Part shown: positions 53,496-54,247 of the stretch, one piece after another
How positions within the stretch are numbered: position 1 is the stretch's first letter
Layout of the letters: every line of letters begins with the position of its first letter
Source: a bacterium
Lineage (GTDB): Bacteria; Electryoneota; RPQS01
Reading direction: 5' to 3'
Assembly (NCBI GenBank): GCA_026394155.1
Contig: JAPKYT010000128.1
Coordinates: forward strand, 1-54,247
Length of the DNA stretch: 54,247 nt
Position numbers and translations under genes: made by a program
The notes under the pieces: model-generated
What the model was told of the DNA's origin: nothing
What the model saw: the letters and a program-made list of their open reading frames with translations, nothing else
The model's database searches: none

Positions 53496-54247
53496 ATGAG
53501 TTCTCGGATCCCCAACCTGCTCCTCAACAGCAGCCTGATCTCTCAGGAGCAGTACCTGCTTTTCAAGTCCCGGCAAAAGGATTCGGGCAATTCGGTGGTG
53601 ACCGACCTCTGCAAGCTGGGGGTGGTCACCGAAGATCAGGTTGCCGAGTTTCTGGCCGGCTACTACGGCCTCGAGAAGATGGACCTCGAGCGCGTCGAGA
53701 TTCCCGAGGCGGTGCGCAAACTGCTCTCGCCGGAGTTCATTCAGAAGTATCAAGTGCTGCCGGTCAAGCGCACCGGCAAAATCCTGCAAGTGGCGCTGGT
53801 GGATCCCAGCATTGATTTCGTTCTCGAGGACATCAAGTTTATCACCGGGTTCAACGTTCAGGCCACGGTGGTCACCGAGACCCAGTTTTTGCGGGCCATC
53901 GAGCTCTACTACCACATGGGCGGGACGCTGGACAAGATCCTCAAGGACTTGGGGGACGATGTCGGCGCCGAGATCATCACGGACACCGGCGATGCGGAAG
54001 CGGACAAGCTGCGCGAGGAGATCGAGGCCGCTCCGGTGGTCAAACTGCTGGACGGCATCATCGGCGAGGCGGTGCAGAAGGGCGCCTCCGACGTTCACAT
54101 CGAGCCCTATGAACACCAGCTCCGCATCCGCCTGCGCATAGACGGCATGCTCACCGAACTCATGTCGCCGCCCTATCACATGAAGAACGGCCTGATTTCG
54201 CGCGCCAAGATCATGGCGAATCTCGACATCGCCGAGCGGCGCGTGCC
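53496..54247 (+). CDS. pilB: Type IV pilus assembly ATPase PilB/GspE family, truncated by the window end
   Basis: ATG 53496. APVVKLLDGII.EAVQKGASDVHIEPYE..LRIRLRIDGML...SRAKIMANLDIAERRVP. Confidence 0.9.
   Translation, partial: MSSRIPNLLLNSSLISQEQYLLFKSRQKDSGNSVVTDLCKLGVVTEDQVAEFLAGYYGLEKMDLERVEIPEAVRKLLSPEFIQKYQVLPVKRTGKILQVALVDPSIDFVLEDIKFITGFNVQATVVTETQFLRAIELYYHMGGTLDKILKDLGDDVGAEIITDTGDAEADKLREEIEAAPVVKLLDGIIGEAVQKGASDVHIEPYEHQLRIRLRIDGMLTELMSPPYHMKNGLISRAKIMANLDIAERRV

Overview
GC-rich bacterial chromosome segment. The gene content (a T9SS-type C-terminal sorting domain, a Gld-like ABC system, Kdo synthesis genes) suggests a diderm FCB-associated lineage, which is inference only. The window holds a complete rRNA operon (16S, tRNA-Ile, tRNA-Ala, 23S, 5S) whose ~2 kb 16S-23S spacer contains protein-coding genes: a secreted protein between the two tRNAs, and a DUF4258/DUF2283-type toxin-antitoxin pair between tRNA-Ala and 23S. 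The 3' part of 5S and its terminator recur 1520 nt downstream and bracket a two-gene lower-GC cassette. The rest is envelope and glycosylation genes, a UGA/SECIS Rdx selenoprotein missed by the ORF track, a sigma54 activator, an alpha/beta-hydrolase-Ser/Thr kinase fusion, ABC systems, gatC-kdsB-pyrG-kdsA-folB-folK, an in-frame proline dehydrogenase-DNA methyltransferase fusion, tdh with a probable kbl remnant, tRNA-Pro, a frameshifted Cys-rich secreted protein, rpmE, a YchF-like protein and the start of pilB. All family assignments come from motif recognition by eye, not database searches.
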